From Candidatus Gallimonas intestinalis (GTDB taxonomy: Bacteria; Bacillota; Clostridia; Christensenellales; Borkfalkiaceae): a DNA stretch of 64,000 nucleotides. A program made the position numbers and the translations under genes. The stretch covers positions 8,082 to 72,081 of the forward strand of contig CAJFNL010000003.1 of the NCBI GenBank assembly GCA_904394655.1, read 5' to 3'. Positions within the stretch are counted from its first letter, which is position 1. Each line of letters begins with the position of its first letter. The notes under the pieces were generated by a model. It was not told where the DNA came from, ran no database searches, and saw only the letters and a program-made list of their open reading frames with translations. Positions 1-9,501 of this stretch are shown here, one piece after another.

Positions 1-813
1 ATATACCGTCAGTTCGTCCTTCTCGCAAACGATTTTTCCCTTGCTTCCTATGATTTCAAAACGGTTTGTGCCCGGCGTATCGGCGGTACAAGTGACAAAC
101 GCGCCCGTCGCCCCGTTTTCAAACTCCATATACGCCGTTACGTCGTCCTCGACCTCGATATCATGCCACTTCCCAAAATGGCAAAACGCGCGCATTTTCG
201 CGGGCATCATGCCGCAAATCCACTGTAACAAATCAAGCTGGTGCGGGCACTGGTTCATGAGAACTCCGCCGCCCTCGCCTGCCCACGTTGCGCGCCAGCT
301 TCCGGAATCGTAATAAAATTGCGTACGAAACCAATTCGTGATGATCCAATTCACGCGACGAATTTCGCCGATTTCACCGCTATGTACCAAATCGTGCATC
401 TTGATATACAACGGATTCGTCCGCTGGTTGTACATCATGGTAAAGAGCTTATCGCTTCTGCTCGCTACCGCATTCATCTCTTTGACCTGTTTCGTGTATA
501 CGCCCGCAGGCTTTTCGCAAATCACGTGCAAGCCTTTTTCGAGTGCGTGGATACTGATCTCAGGATGTAGATAGTGCGGCGTTGCAACGATAACCGCGTC
601 GCAAAAACCGCTATTGAGCATTTCCTTGTAATCGTTAAAGTATTGTACCTTTCGATTATTTGCATTCTTTTTTATGTGTTCAATCTTTGCGGGGTTTATA
701 TCGCACCCCGCCGTCATAACGCCGTTCTCAATCTTGCCTGCGTCGAATAACTGCAACGCATAATAACCACCTTGATTCCCCAATCCAATGATACCAAATC
801 GTACTTTATCCAT
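1..813 (-). CDS. Gfo/Idh/MocA family oxidoreductase, 5' part (271 codons; 3' end lies beyond window start)
   Basis: Own minus-strand translation from ATG 813-811 gives MDKVRFGIIGLGNQGGYYA (Rossmann GxGxxG), HVICEKPAG (EKP motif) and GGGVLMNQCPHQLDLLQW. The frame stays open to nt 1, so it is absent from the ORF track. GGAGGA lies 7 nt upstream. Confidence 0.85.
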   Translation of the reverse strand, partial: MDKVRFGIIGLGNQGGYYALQLFDAGKIENGVMTAGCDINPAKIEHIKKNANNRKVQYFNDYKEMLNSGFCDAVIVATPHYLHPEISIHALEKGLHVICEKPAGVYTKQVKEMNAVASRSDKLFTMMYNQRTNPLYIKMHDLVHSGEIGEIRRVNWIITNWFRTQFYYDSGSWRATWAGEGGGVLMNQCPHQLDLLQWICGMMPAKMRAFCHFGKWHDIEVEDDVTAYMEFENGATGAFVTCTADTPGTNRFEIIGSKGKIVCEKDELTVY

Positions 814-828
814 TTTTCTTTCCTCCGT

Positions 829-1587
829 TTATAAATTTTTCGCATAACGCACGCTAATTTCCACTTGTGACAACGTATCCGACAAGTCCGCGGCATCATC
901 TTGTTCTACCAAAAAATATTCCGTACCCGCTTTACGCATAGCCTGTACGATAGCGGGAAAGTTCAAATTACCTTGACCAAGCGGTGCAAAGTGCGGCTGA
1001 ACCCCATCGGTTTCCTCCCGCATTTGATAGTCTTTCAAATGCACGCACTCAATTCGTCCCGAAAGTTTTTCTACGTACTCGGAAATGTTCACACCGCCGA
1101 GCTGTGCCCAATAGGTATCGAAAGTGAAGTGCACGTGCGGCGCGTGCTCTATGATATAGTCAAAGATAGTTTTCCCGTCATGACGCACGAATTCGTGGTG
1201 GTGGTTATGATAAAAAAGTGTAAACCCGTTCTTCTGCATTTTTGCCGAAACGTTTTCTAATTCATCTATCGCATTTTTCCATTCCGAACCGTTTTCGCCC
1301 CAAGGTCGAAAAAATCCGCCCAAGCCGATATTACGACATCCAAAGCTTTCATGCTCGCGCATCAGGTTATCGGTATCGTTTACAATGCGATCGTACGGTA
1401 CGTGTGTTAATACTACGGGCATACCTGTCTTTTCGGATACGCGACGTATCCGTTCAGCATCAAATACCCCTCCCGAATACTGCACATACGAGTATCCCAT
1501 TTTTTTCAATTTCATAGTCGTTTTCTCGTACTCTTCTTCCGTTCCAATCAAATTACGCACCGAAAACAAGTTCAAACCAACTTTCAT
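829..1587 (-). CDS. sugar phosphate isomerase/epimerase (xylose-isomerase-like TIM barrel)
   Basis: 252 aa. Family-typical metal-ligand style motifs LFYHNHHHEF, IECVHLKDY and YFLVEQDD. Its stop is 16 nt before the next start. Confidence 0.8.
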   Translation of the reverse strand: MKVGLNLFSVRNLIGTEEEYEKTTMKLKKMGYSYVQYSGGVFDAERIRRVSEKTGMPVVLTHVPYDRIVNDTDNLMREHESFGCRNIGLGGFFRPWGENGSEWKNAIDELENVSAKMQKNGFTLFYHNHHHEFVRHDGKTIFDYIIEHAPHVHFTFDTYWAQLGGVNISEYVEKLSGRIECVHLKDYQMREETDGVQPHFAPLGQGNLNFPAIVQAMRKAGTEYFLVEQDDAADLSDTLSQVEISVRYAKNL

Positions 1588-1604
1588 ATTTTTCTCCTTT
1601 CCTT

Positions 1605-2462
1605 TTATTTTTTTACAAATTCACCCGTAACACCGGTAGCACAAAATCCCGTCTTTCGCAACAGCTCTTTAAGCGCGGTCGCCGCGGCGTCGAACGCCGA
1701 ATCGTTATCGGAAAAAGTAAGTTCATTTTTAAGTTCTGTTCCATCGATATTTTTATATGCGGAAAACAAAGCGAGATGCGGTTCAAGCGTGAGAGTGACT
1801 TCGCCTTTTAACTCCCCGAGCAACCGCTCTATCTGCCCGTCGCCCATGCCCGCCGGCACGATTGCCCCGCCGAGACGCGCATCTTTAATATGTACGTACC
1901 CGCAACGATGCAATAAAGGCAACGTATTATTTGCACATTCCCCCGTTTGTAAAAAATTAGCTGGATCGTATATAAATCGTAAATTTGGCACATGATCCAT
2001 CAAATCGAGTACGCGCTCAGCAGTGTCGCCGTATATTTCTTTTTCATTTTCATGATACATTGTAATGCCGTATTCATAACCGATTTCCGTCATATGTCGC
2101 AAGCGTTCGATTACCTCATGCCGCTTCCCGTAAGCGTTAAAAAAGCTGAATATCCTTACTTTATCCGTACCCAAAATTTTCGCCGTCGTACACACGCGAC
2201 GCACCTTTTTTTCATATTCTGAAAAATCCGTCGAAATATCCGTTTTCCCTAGCGGAGAACCAACCGCCCACACGTTAATACCTTCGCCGTGCAATTTACA
2301 TACATACTCTGCCGCCTCTTTATCGGTAAATTCGCTTACGTTTTTTCCGTCTACGCTTCTCAACTCCGTGTAAGCGATATTGTTTCTTTTTAAAGCGGCT
2401 ATCTGACCGTCTATACTGTCAGCCGCCTCATCTGAAAACGCACTTAACCGTATCGTTGTCAT
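1605..2462 (-). CDS. sugar phosphate isomerase/epimerase (xylose-isomerase-like TIM barrel)
   Basis: 285 aa. Motifs MYHENEKE, GYVHIKDAR and VTLTLEPHL. Tightly packed with neighbours. Confidence 0.8.
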   Translation of the reverse strand: MTTIRLSAFSDEAADSIDGQIAALKRNNIAYTELRSVDGKNVSEFTDKEAAEYVCKLHGEGINVWAVGSPLGKTDISTDFSEYEKKVRRVCTTAKILGTDKVRIFSFFNAYGKRHEVIERLRHMTEIGYEYGITMYHENEKEIYGDTAERVLDLMDHVPNLRFIYDPANFLQTGECANNTLPLLHRCGYVHIKDARLGGAIVPAGMGDGQIERLLGELKGEVTLTLEPHLALFSAYKNIDGTELKNELTFSDNDSAFDAAATALKELLRKTGFCATGVTGEFVKK

Positions 2463-2541
2463 ATAGAATTCGTCTCCTTATTTGAATTTATCTTAATTTA
2501 CCCATTTCTGCGAATGATAGTTTCCGGCAGCAGTGTCGTTG

Positions 2542-3459
2542 TTAAAAATTCAATTTCAATTCGTGACCATCTGCAACCATTCGACAATACCGCGCCGTGC
2601 GCGTTTCATGCTTCTCGTCCGCATCAATGTCGCGCGCATGGTACACGATATAATATTTCACGTTATCTTCCAAAACACTATTGTGTCCCGTACCCGCTTC
2701 TTCGCCGTTTTTACACAAAAGCGGTGCGTAAGTAGTATCATTCGGATACTTTTGAAAATGCAATTTCGTTAAATCATCTTCATTCCCGTAAGCGTAGGCA
2801 TAACCAATGAAATAGTATTCGTTCTGATAGCAGTTGCCCGAATACATCACGTAATGATCGTCGCCTTTCCGAAAATAGAACGCGCCTTCAACGGTATGCC
2901 AATTTTGCCCTTTGCGGAAACGGTCGCGCATAAATATTTCCTCGTCAAGCGTAGGACGCACCACAGGCACGGGATTCCCCGCCGCCGTAAACATATCGAG
3001 CATTTTATCTACGACGATATACGTGCCTGCGCGTTCAGCTTCGTAATCGTTTGTCGAATAGAAAATATAATAATTTTCACCGCTCTTTACAACGTGCGCG
3101 TCAATAGAAAAGGGCTTTAACATGGTATTTTTGTAAACGAACCCGCCGTCGGGACGATCGGAAACAGCCACCTTGATTGCTTGCTCGTGCATATCCTCGC
3201 ACCCCGCGCGGCAAGACGAATAATACATATAATACAGTCCGTCCTCGTATACCACACAAGGCGCCCAAAATTCATGGCAATCTTCTTCTTTCAGACCGAT
3301 GCCGAGGTATTCCCAAATCCCGTCGAGCGCGGAAGAACGGTAAACGAGCACCCCGTCTACACCCGTTGCATAGATATAATAATTTCCGTCGTGCGCCTTG
3401 ATGATATACGGATCGGGTTGCGACAGCCCCCGCGCGTTATCCGAAAATTTCAGTTTCAT
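2542..3459 (-). CDS. glycoside hydrolase family 43
   Basis: 305 aa. GH43 five-bladed propeller motifs QPDPYIIKAHDGNYYIYATG, EFWAPCVVYEDGLYYMYYSS and TVEGAFYFRKGDDHYVMYSG. Confidence 0.85.
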   Translation of the reverse strand: MKLKFSDNARGLSQPDPYIIKAHDGNYYIYATGVDGVLVYRSSALDGIWEYLGIGLKEEDCHEFWAPCVVYEDGLYYMYYSSCRAGCEDMHEQAIKVAVSDRPDGGFVYKNTMLKPFSIDAHVVKSGENYYIFYSTNDYEAERAGTYIVVDKMLDMFTAAGNPVPVVRPTLDEEIFMRDRFRKGQNWHTVEGAFYFRKGDDHYVMYSGNCYQNEYYFIGYAYAYGNEDDLTKLHFQKYPNDTTYAPLLCKNGEEAGTGHNSVLEDNVKYYIVYHARDIDADEKHETRTARYCRMVADGHELKLNF

Positions 3460-3478
3460 ATTTACTCCTTGCTATTCT

Positions 3479-4321
3479 TTAACCGAGTTCCCGCAAAGAA
3501 AACAACCGTAACCGCTCGTTCGGCATCGTATTCGGCTGATGTAAGGCAAGAGTTTTTTCGCCGTTATAATCGGTAAAACACATACAGTGCCCGCCGTCGC
3601 GGTCAAATAAAATCTTATCGTAAACGTAGTCGCCGAAAACGCCGTTCTTGCTGATACTACGAACGACCGTATATCCGTTCTTCCCGATCGTAGACCACAA
3701 CAATACAATTTTTCCGTTTTCTTCATACAGCCACGGTCCTTCGGCGACATACCCTTTCGCTTTTTCGTTACCGATTTCAACGGCAATACCGCTATCTTTT
3801 CCGCTGACGATTTTTTTCGGATTGCCTATCAGCTCGGTTAAATCCTCTTTGAGTTCGGCGATAAACAGACTGCCGTCGCCGTCGCGGGAAATAGGCGTCG
3901 TCCACTCGTTGGAAAAGCAAAGATACGGCGTATTCTCATAGACAAACAACGTGGCGTCCAAACACCCCCAACCGTTTGGCGTAATGTAATTCCCCGTCAG
4001 CATTGTGAAACTTTCATCGAGAGTATCTGAAACGAGGATCAAACTTCCTCTTCCCAAATCTGCACGATACACGGATACGATCAGATAATATTTCCCGCGA
4101 TAAAAATGCAATTCGGGCGCCCAAATGTTTTGATAGGAAGAAAGCGAGCCGTCCGTAACCAAAACGCATTTCTTTTCAAACCGCTCTAAATCGCGGGAAA
4201 CGTATAAAACCAAATCGCTTCCTCTATCCCATGAATCGTTGCCCGTCGTGCCGAGCAAATAATATATTCCGTTTTCCGTATAAATAAACGGATCGCGGAT
4301 ATGAAGGTCTTCTCGCTTCAT
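3479..4321 (-). CDS. glycoside hydrolase family 43
   Basis: Start moved to MKREDLHIRDPFIY (ATG 4321-4319), which has GGAGA 9 nt upstream and a TAATG overlap with the upstream stop. Motifs IRDPFIYTENGIYYLLGT, NIWAPELHFYRGKYYLIVS and VAEGPWLYEENGK. Confidence 0.8.
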   Translation of the reverse strand: MKREDLHIRDPFIYTENGIYYLLGTTGNDSWDRGSDLVLYVSRDLERFEKKCVLVTDGSLSSYQNIWAPELHFYRGKYYLIVSVYRADLGRGSLILVSDTLDESFTMLTGNYITPNGWGCLDATLFVYENTPYLCFSNEWTTPISRDGDGSLFIAELKEDLTELIGNPKKIVSGKDSGIAVEIGNEKAKGYVAEGPWLYEENGKIVLLWSTIGKNGYTVVRSISKNGVFGDYVYDKILFDRDGGHCMCFTDYNGEKTLALHQPNTMPNERLRLFSLRELG

Positions 4322-4974
4322 TAAAAATTCTCCATATTGCCTAAAATACTTTTTTCGAACAGTTCTAACCAAGCGTCGGCAATCAAAGTTGCACCCGCAA
4401 CCATGGGATGCATTCCATCATAGAGAAACTTCTCCGCACCGAATTTTTGAGCCGCTTGATCAAACTTCTCCTGTAAGGACAAAAAATAAATTTGATATTG
4501 TTCTGCCAAGTCCTGCACAATTTTAGCGTATTTTATATAAGTTTTTTGAAACGGCTCAAATCGCGTTTCCGTATTCTTTCCTTTTAACGCAAACGGTTCG
4601 CCCAAGATAATTTTCACGTTTGGTAAACGTTTCAGAGTATCTTCTATCATCATAGAATAAATTTTCCGAAACCTATCCGATTCTTGTGCGTCGTTATAGT
4701 TTAATTCATCCCAAACATTATTGATCCCGACAAGGATTGTCAACACGTCCGGGTTCTGAATCCAAACGTCGTACCTGATTCTTGCAGTTAAATCCGCCAC
4801 TCGATCCCCACCGATTCCGCGGTTGATTACCTGATATTGTAACGGATTTTTCCGATAGAGCGCCGAAGCAACCAACATGGGATAACCACTGCCGTAAGTA
4901 TAGATTTCATCCGCATTTTCGTCTCTGTTCCTGCCCATATCGGTAATGCTGTCGCCGAAAAACAAAATCTTCAT
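4321..4974 (-). CDS. SGNH/GDSL family hydrolase (esterase)
   Basis: 217 aa. All four SGNH blocks are visible: FFGDSITD, NRGIGGD, VGINNVW and YDGMHP. Confidence 0.85.
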   Translation of the reverse strand: MKILFFGDSITDMGRNRDENADEIYTYGSGYPMLVASALYRKNPLQYQVINRGIGGDRVADLTARIRYDVWIQNPDVLTILVGINNVWDELNYNDAQESDRFRKIYSMMIEDTLKRLPNVKIILGEPFALKGKNTETRFEPFQKTYIKYAKIVQDLAEQYQIYFLSLQEKFDQAAQKFGAEKFLYDGMHPMVAGATLIADAWLELFEKSILGNMENF

Positions 4975-5052
4975 AACAATTCTCCTTCAATGATTAAAGT
5001 TATTATTTGATTCGCAGGGCGAGGTTAAACTGCACATACCCGCAACCTCGAC

Positions 5053-6357
5053 TTATTTTTTTTCGCCGTTTTCTTCGCTTGCCGCCTGTTGTTGCCCTTT
5101 CTCCGTTTTTTTATTTCGCTTTACAATAGAAAGCAGTAACACGACGGCGGCTATCAAAGCGGATGCGCATGCGCACGCCGCAAAGAGATAAAACACGGCG
5201 TTCCAACCCGTATTTTCGGCAATCGCGCCGATGCCGTACGTACTGATCGCGCTGCCGACGTAACAAGAGCCGTCGAATAATCCCGCAAGCACCCCTGCCG
5301 AAATCCTGCCGCGCATCGACAGCGGAACTACGGCGGTGATGAGATTGTTAATGCCCGTCATAAAACAGTTAACGACAGCAAGGCATACGATTGCAAGCAC
5401 CCAATAGGATTGCTGCGCCGTAAGATACGGCACGCTAAAACAGAGTGCTGCCGTAAGAAAAAACAGAATGCCCGCGCTCATATAGTAATTGTTTTTACAG
5501 AGCTTATTCAGCCACAGCATGAGCGCCGTACCGAAGATGCCGACGGCGGGCAGGGCAACGGTGAGCAATGTAGAAATATCGTTGGGCAAGGAAAAAGATT
5601 CTATCATAATGGACGGCACCCAAGAAAGAAGTCCGTCTTTAATCAGATTGTTTATGACGGCGAACGCGGCGAACAGAGCAATGACTGCGACGATGCCGCC
5701 CGTAGCCTTTTTGCCGTGTTCCGCGCTCGGTTCTTTTACCTCTTCCGCCGCCGCAATTTCTGCGCGCACCGATTCCAGCCGTTTCGTTACCCTTCCGTAC
5801 CCGAAAAACCAAACGAGCGCAACCGCCGCCATCACGGCGAAAGCAACGAGAAAGATATGGCGGTATCCGCCGATTTTTACCAACAAAAAACTCACGCCGT
5901 AGGCAAGTAGCGTTCCCACACCCACGGTGGTTCCCATGGCGAACACCGCTTTTTTATAATTTTTTTGCAAAACAAAATTTCCGATGACGACCATCAACGA
6001 GGAGTATAAAACCGACTGCGCCAAACCGTTAATGAGCCAGAGATATTTATAAGCCGCAAACCCGACGCCCAACCAGACGACCAAATTCAAAATTGCCGAT
6101 AACGCGAGAACGCCGCTTAAAACGACGCGCTTTGGGTACTTTTTGCAGAATATCCCGTTCACCACCTGCCCCGCGCCGTACGCCACGAAAAAGCACATAC
6201 CCACCAATCCCGTGGCGGAGTGCCCCACGCCGAACTGCGCTTCGATTTGCGGAATATTGGCGCTGTAGCCGTATCTGCCGAGATACGCCGCCGTATAAAC
6301 CAGCCAACATAAGACAATGATGAGATTCTGATCTTTTTCCGTCCGATCTTTTCCCAT
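5053..6357 (-). CDS. MFS transporter
   Basis: 434 aa. About twelve hydrophobic segments in a 6 + loop + 6 layout, with a charged central loop (RLESVRAEIAAAEEVKEPSAEHGKK). Confidence 0.8.
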   Translation of the reverse strand: MGKDRTEKDQNLIIVLCWLVYTAAYLGRYGYSANIPQIEAQFGVGHSATGLVGMCFFVAYGAGQVVNGIFCKKYPKRVVLSGVLALSAILNLVVWLGVGFAAYKYLWLINGLAQSVLYSSLMVVIGNFVLQKNYKKAVFAMGTTVGVGTLLAYGVSFLLVKIGGYRHIFLVAFAVMAAVALVWFFGYGRVTKRLESVRAEIAAAEEVKEPSAEHGKKATGGIVAVIALFAAFAVINNLIKDGLLSWVPSIMIESFSLPNDISTLLTVALPAVGIFGTALMLWLNKLCKNNYYMSAGILFFLTAALCFSVPYLTAQQSYWVLAIVCLAVVNCFMTGINNLITAVVPLSMRGRISAGVLAGLFDGSCYVGSAISTYGIGAIAENTGWNAVFYLFAACACASALIAAVVLLLSIVKRNKKTEKGQQQAASEENGEKK

Positions 6358-6377
6358 AACGCACTTCTCCCGTCCGC

Positions 6378-7235
6378 TCAGTCCGCCGATTGAATACGCC
6401 CGACCATGTACTTACCCGTACGGTATAAAGTAGTGGTCGCGTCTAAGCGAAGTTCTTCGGGAAACGCCCGGACGAAACCGTCTGCCTCGAACGTAAATTC
6501 CCCGCCGTAGCCGATACGGCGTAGCGCCGCGAAGACGGGTTCCCAGTCTATCTTCCCGCAGTAGGGAGCAGTATGTAAATCGTCCTTCAAATCGTTGTCA
6601 TGCACGTGAAGCGCGCCGAGACGGTCGCCGAGGGCGAGGATAAGCTGCGCTGCGCTTACCGATTTGCCCACCATTTCCGCATGTCCGATATCGACACAGG
6701 CACAGAAATATTCGGGGTCTAAAAGCGCCATATGCGCGAGAAAATCTTCCGCGGTATTGCAAGCCGCGGGAATAGCTGCGCCACTGCCGTCCCGCTGCCA
6801 CATATTTTCTACCGCAATTTTTACGCCGAATTTTTTACAGTACGGTAAAAGCGGCAAATAAATTCTTTCGGCGTTCTCTTTCGGCGTCCAGGTATGATAG
6901 GGGTGTAAAACGCAAATCTTTCCCCCGACGAGCGAGGTTATTTCCAGCGCTCGCACGCACCAATCGAAAATTTCCGCATTCCACCTTTCGTTCGTCGGTT
7001 TATAGCAGGGATACGGTCCGTGGCTCTGGTTGCATTCCAAGCCCAAACCGTCGGCGTATTTCCGGAGCGCAAGCGCCTTTTCACGCCAATCAGCTCCCCC
7101 GAAACGGCTTCCCTCTTGTCCGAGGTCGAAAATGGACAAATCGTAACAGTCGAACCCGATTTCTTTTAGCGCCTTCACCGCGCCGCGATAACCGAACTGT
7201 AAATCGAGCGGGTAAGTTTCCGTCGATAATTTCAT
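6378..7235 (-). CDS. sugar phosphate isomerase/epimerase (xylose-isomerase-like TIM barrel)
   Basis: Start moved to MKLSTETYPL (ATG 7235-7233), which overlaps the GH36 TGA as ATGA. Motifs KIAVENMWQ, CVDIGHA, ALHVHDNDL and EFTFEAD. Confidence 0.8.
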   Translation of the reverse strand: MKLSTETYPLDLQFGYRGAVKALKEIGFDCYDLSIFDLGQEGSRFGGADWREKALALRKYADGLGLECNQSHGPYPCYKPTNERWNAEIFDWCVRALEITSLVGGKICVLHPYHTWTPKENAERIYLPLLPYCKKFGVKIAVENMWQRDGSGAAIPAACNTAEDFLAHMALLDPEYFCACVDIGHAEMVGKSVSAAQLILALGDRLGALHVHDNDLKDDLHTAPYCGKIDWEPVFAALRRIGYGGEFTFEADGFVRAFPEELRLDATTTLYRTGKYMVGRIQSAD

Positions 7236-9439
7236 ATTTTTTCTCCTCTGCGCGAGGCTTCCTTTATAGATGACGGTTGCCCGTCGAGATGATAACAAAT
7301 GGGGAAGAAATCACCTTCCGCCTGCGGTAAAGGCAATCCGATACTCTCCAAGACTCTTCCGCTCATCGTCTGCCCCGTTTCCCGCACGCGATACATTTTC
7401 GCGCAGTCTAAACCGTATATTTTTAAAAAACGGAACTTATCGTTCGCCTGTTTCAAACCCGTAATTCCCGTAACGTACGCGCGCGACTTATCGCACGAAA
7501 CCTGCGCAAAAGCATAGACGTCTCCCTCGGAGAGCCGATAAAAATCGCCGTTCAAAACAAGGTCCGCATCCCTCTTGTATGCAGTAACTTGTTCTTTTAT
7601 TTGATCGAGCTCGCTTTGGGAAAGCTTTGTTAAATCCAATTCGTATCCGAAAATACAGGAGGAGGCAACGGCATATCTGGCATCCAACCCGCTCATGCGC
7701 CCCGTTTGATGATTTGGGCACACCGAAACGTGAGCAGTCATCGCGCTCGGCGGATAACAGAACGACGTACCGTATTGGATCTGCGCACGGGCGAAAGCAT
7801 CGGTATTGTCGCTCGTCCATATCTGAGGAAAATAGTTCAGCATACCCGCGTCGAACCTTCCCCCTCCGCCGCTGCAGCCTTCCATGAGCAAATCGGGAAA
7901 TCTCCGATTCAAACGGGAAGCAAGCTCGTATACGCCCAATACGTAACGGTGCTGTACCTCCGATTGACGTTCGGGCGGTAAATAGGGAGAATATAAATCG
8001 GCGAGGTAGCGGTTCATATCCCATTTTACATAGGAAATTCCATTTTTTTCAATGATATCTTCCATCTTGCCGTAAACGTAATCGACGACCTGCGGATTGC
8101 AAAAATCAAGCACAATCTGATTGCGCCCGCGCACAAAGCCGCGCTCGGGATTTTTCAAGCACCATTCGGGATGCGTCCGAAACAACTTACTGTTTTCGCT
8201 CACCATTTCCGGCTCGAACCACAGCCCGAACGAAAGATTGAGGGAGCGGCATTTTTCGGAAATCCCCTTCAAGCCGCACGGCAGCTTGGAAAAATCCTCT
8301 TCCCAGTCTCCCAGTCCGCCGTTATCGTCGTTTCTGCAAGTAAACCAACCGTCGTCGAGCACGAACATATCCATACCCGCGTGCGCGGCAAGCTCGATGA
8401 GACGAAACAGCTTCTTTTCGTCGAAATCAAAATATACCGCTTCCCAACTGTTGACGAGGACGGGTCTTACACGGAAGGCAAAATCGGGATTCATCAAATG
8501 TTTGCGACAGAGGGAATGAAAGCAATGCGACATTCCGCCGAGTCCGCCGTCGGAATACACAAGAACGCTTTCAGGCGTTTCAAACTTTTCCCCGCTTTGC
8601 AGCAGCCAATCGAAATCGAGAGGGTCTATTCCGCCGCGAACGCGCAAGCCGCCGTACTGCGTATATTCCGCCGAAAGGCTGAACGAACCGCTGTATACAA
8701 GCTGAAAGCCGTAAACCTCCCCTTGCGTTTCATCGGTATTTTTGCGTTTGAGCGCCAAAAAAGGATTGAGGTAGTGTGAAGAAGAGCCCCTCTGCCCCGA
8801 AGAAAGCTCGCAGATACCGGGGGCGCAATCCTGCCAAACGGGCGCGCGTTCTGAACACGGTCTGCCGGACAGACGAAGAGACTGATAGTCCGCGTCGGGC
8901 AAATCGATGCTGAACGAGCACAGATTCAGAACATGCACCGAATCGTTTCCGTCGTTTCTGAGCGCCGCGCGGCGCGCAACGGCGTCGGAATCGTCCCATA
9001 CGGTATAATATAATTCCAGCGTCAGCGCATACCGATCGTCGCGAAGCCGCACGCAGAGGGTTTCGCCCCCGCGCACGTGCGGAAGCCCCTTGGCTCCCGC
9101 GTTCGTTTCGATCGAATGATCTATGTACCGAAAATCCGTTTGGCGCGCGCCATCCCTTGTTCTCACCATAACGGCAGGGCGGCGGTAATCGCCCAGCCCC
9201 GCGCCGGGATATTCGTTCGGCATAGTATCGAGGCTGAACGAACGGTTTTCTGCGCCGTCGAAATTGGGGGAAAATCCCCTGTCGCACGGGCGATAGACAA
9301 AGGCAAGATCTTCCCCGCACGCCACCTTTTTTCCGAAATAAAGATGATTCAGAAACCCGTATTCATCCTTGCGAAAGACATAACTTACGTTTTTACCCTG
9401 CAAATAAAAAGTGTTTGTTTTGGATTGAAAAAATATCAT
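7232..9439 (-). CDS. alpha-galactosidase, glycoside hydrolase family 36
   Basis: Start moved to MIFFQSKTNT (GGAGA 5 nt upstream). GH36 hallmarks MFVLDDGWF, YVKWDMNRY and MEGCSGGGGRFD. Confidence 0.9.
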   Translation of the reverse strand: MIFFQSKTNTFYLQGKNVSYVFRKDEYGFLNHLYFGKKVACGEDLAFVYRPCDRGFSPNFDGAENRSFSLDTMPNEYPGAGLGDYRRPAVMVRTRDGARQTDFRYIDHSIETNAGAKGLPHVRGGETLCVRLRDDRYALTLELYYTVWDDSDAVARRAALRNDGNDSVHVLNLCSFSIDLPDADYQSLRLSGRPCSERAPVWQDCAPGICELSSGQRGSSSHYLNPFLALKRKNTDETQGEVYGFQLVYSGSFSLSAEYTQYGGLRVRGGIDPLDFDWLLQSGEKFETPESVLVYSDGGLGGMSHCFHSLCRKHLMNPDFAFRVRPVLVNSWEAVYFDFDEKKLFRLIELAAHAGMDMFVLDDGWFTCRNDDNGGLGDWEEDFSKLPCGLKGISEKCRSLNLSFGLWFEPEMVSENSKLFRTHPEWCLKNPERGFVRGRNQIVLDFCNPQVVDYVYGKMEDIIEKNGISYVKWDMNRYLADLYSPYLPPERQSEVQHRYVLGVYELASRLNRRFPDLLMEGCSGGGGRFDAGMLNYFPQIWTSDNTDAFARAQIQYGTSFCYPPSAMTAHVSVCPNHQTGRMSGLDARYAVASSCIFGYELDLTKLSQSELDQIKEQVTAYKRDADLVLNGDFYRLSEGDVYAFAQVSCDKSRAYVTGITGLKQANDKFRFLKIYGLDCAKMYRVRETGQTMSGRVLESIGLPLPQAEGDFFPICYHLDGQPSSIKEASRRGEKI

Positions 9440-9456
9440 TTTATCTCCGATGCGTC

Positions 9457-9485
9457 TTGACTTTTTCGACAAAACGTGTTATCTT
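9457..9485 (+). promoter_or_regulatory. sigma-A type promoter of the AraC gene
   Basis: TTGACT (9457-9462), 17-nt spacer, TGt-TATCTT (extended -10, hexamer 9480-9485), 16 nt before ATG 9502. Confidence 0.5.
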
Positions 9486-9501
9486 AAAAAAGGGTGAACT
9501 T

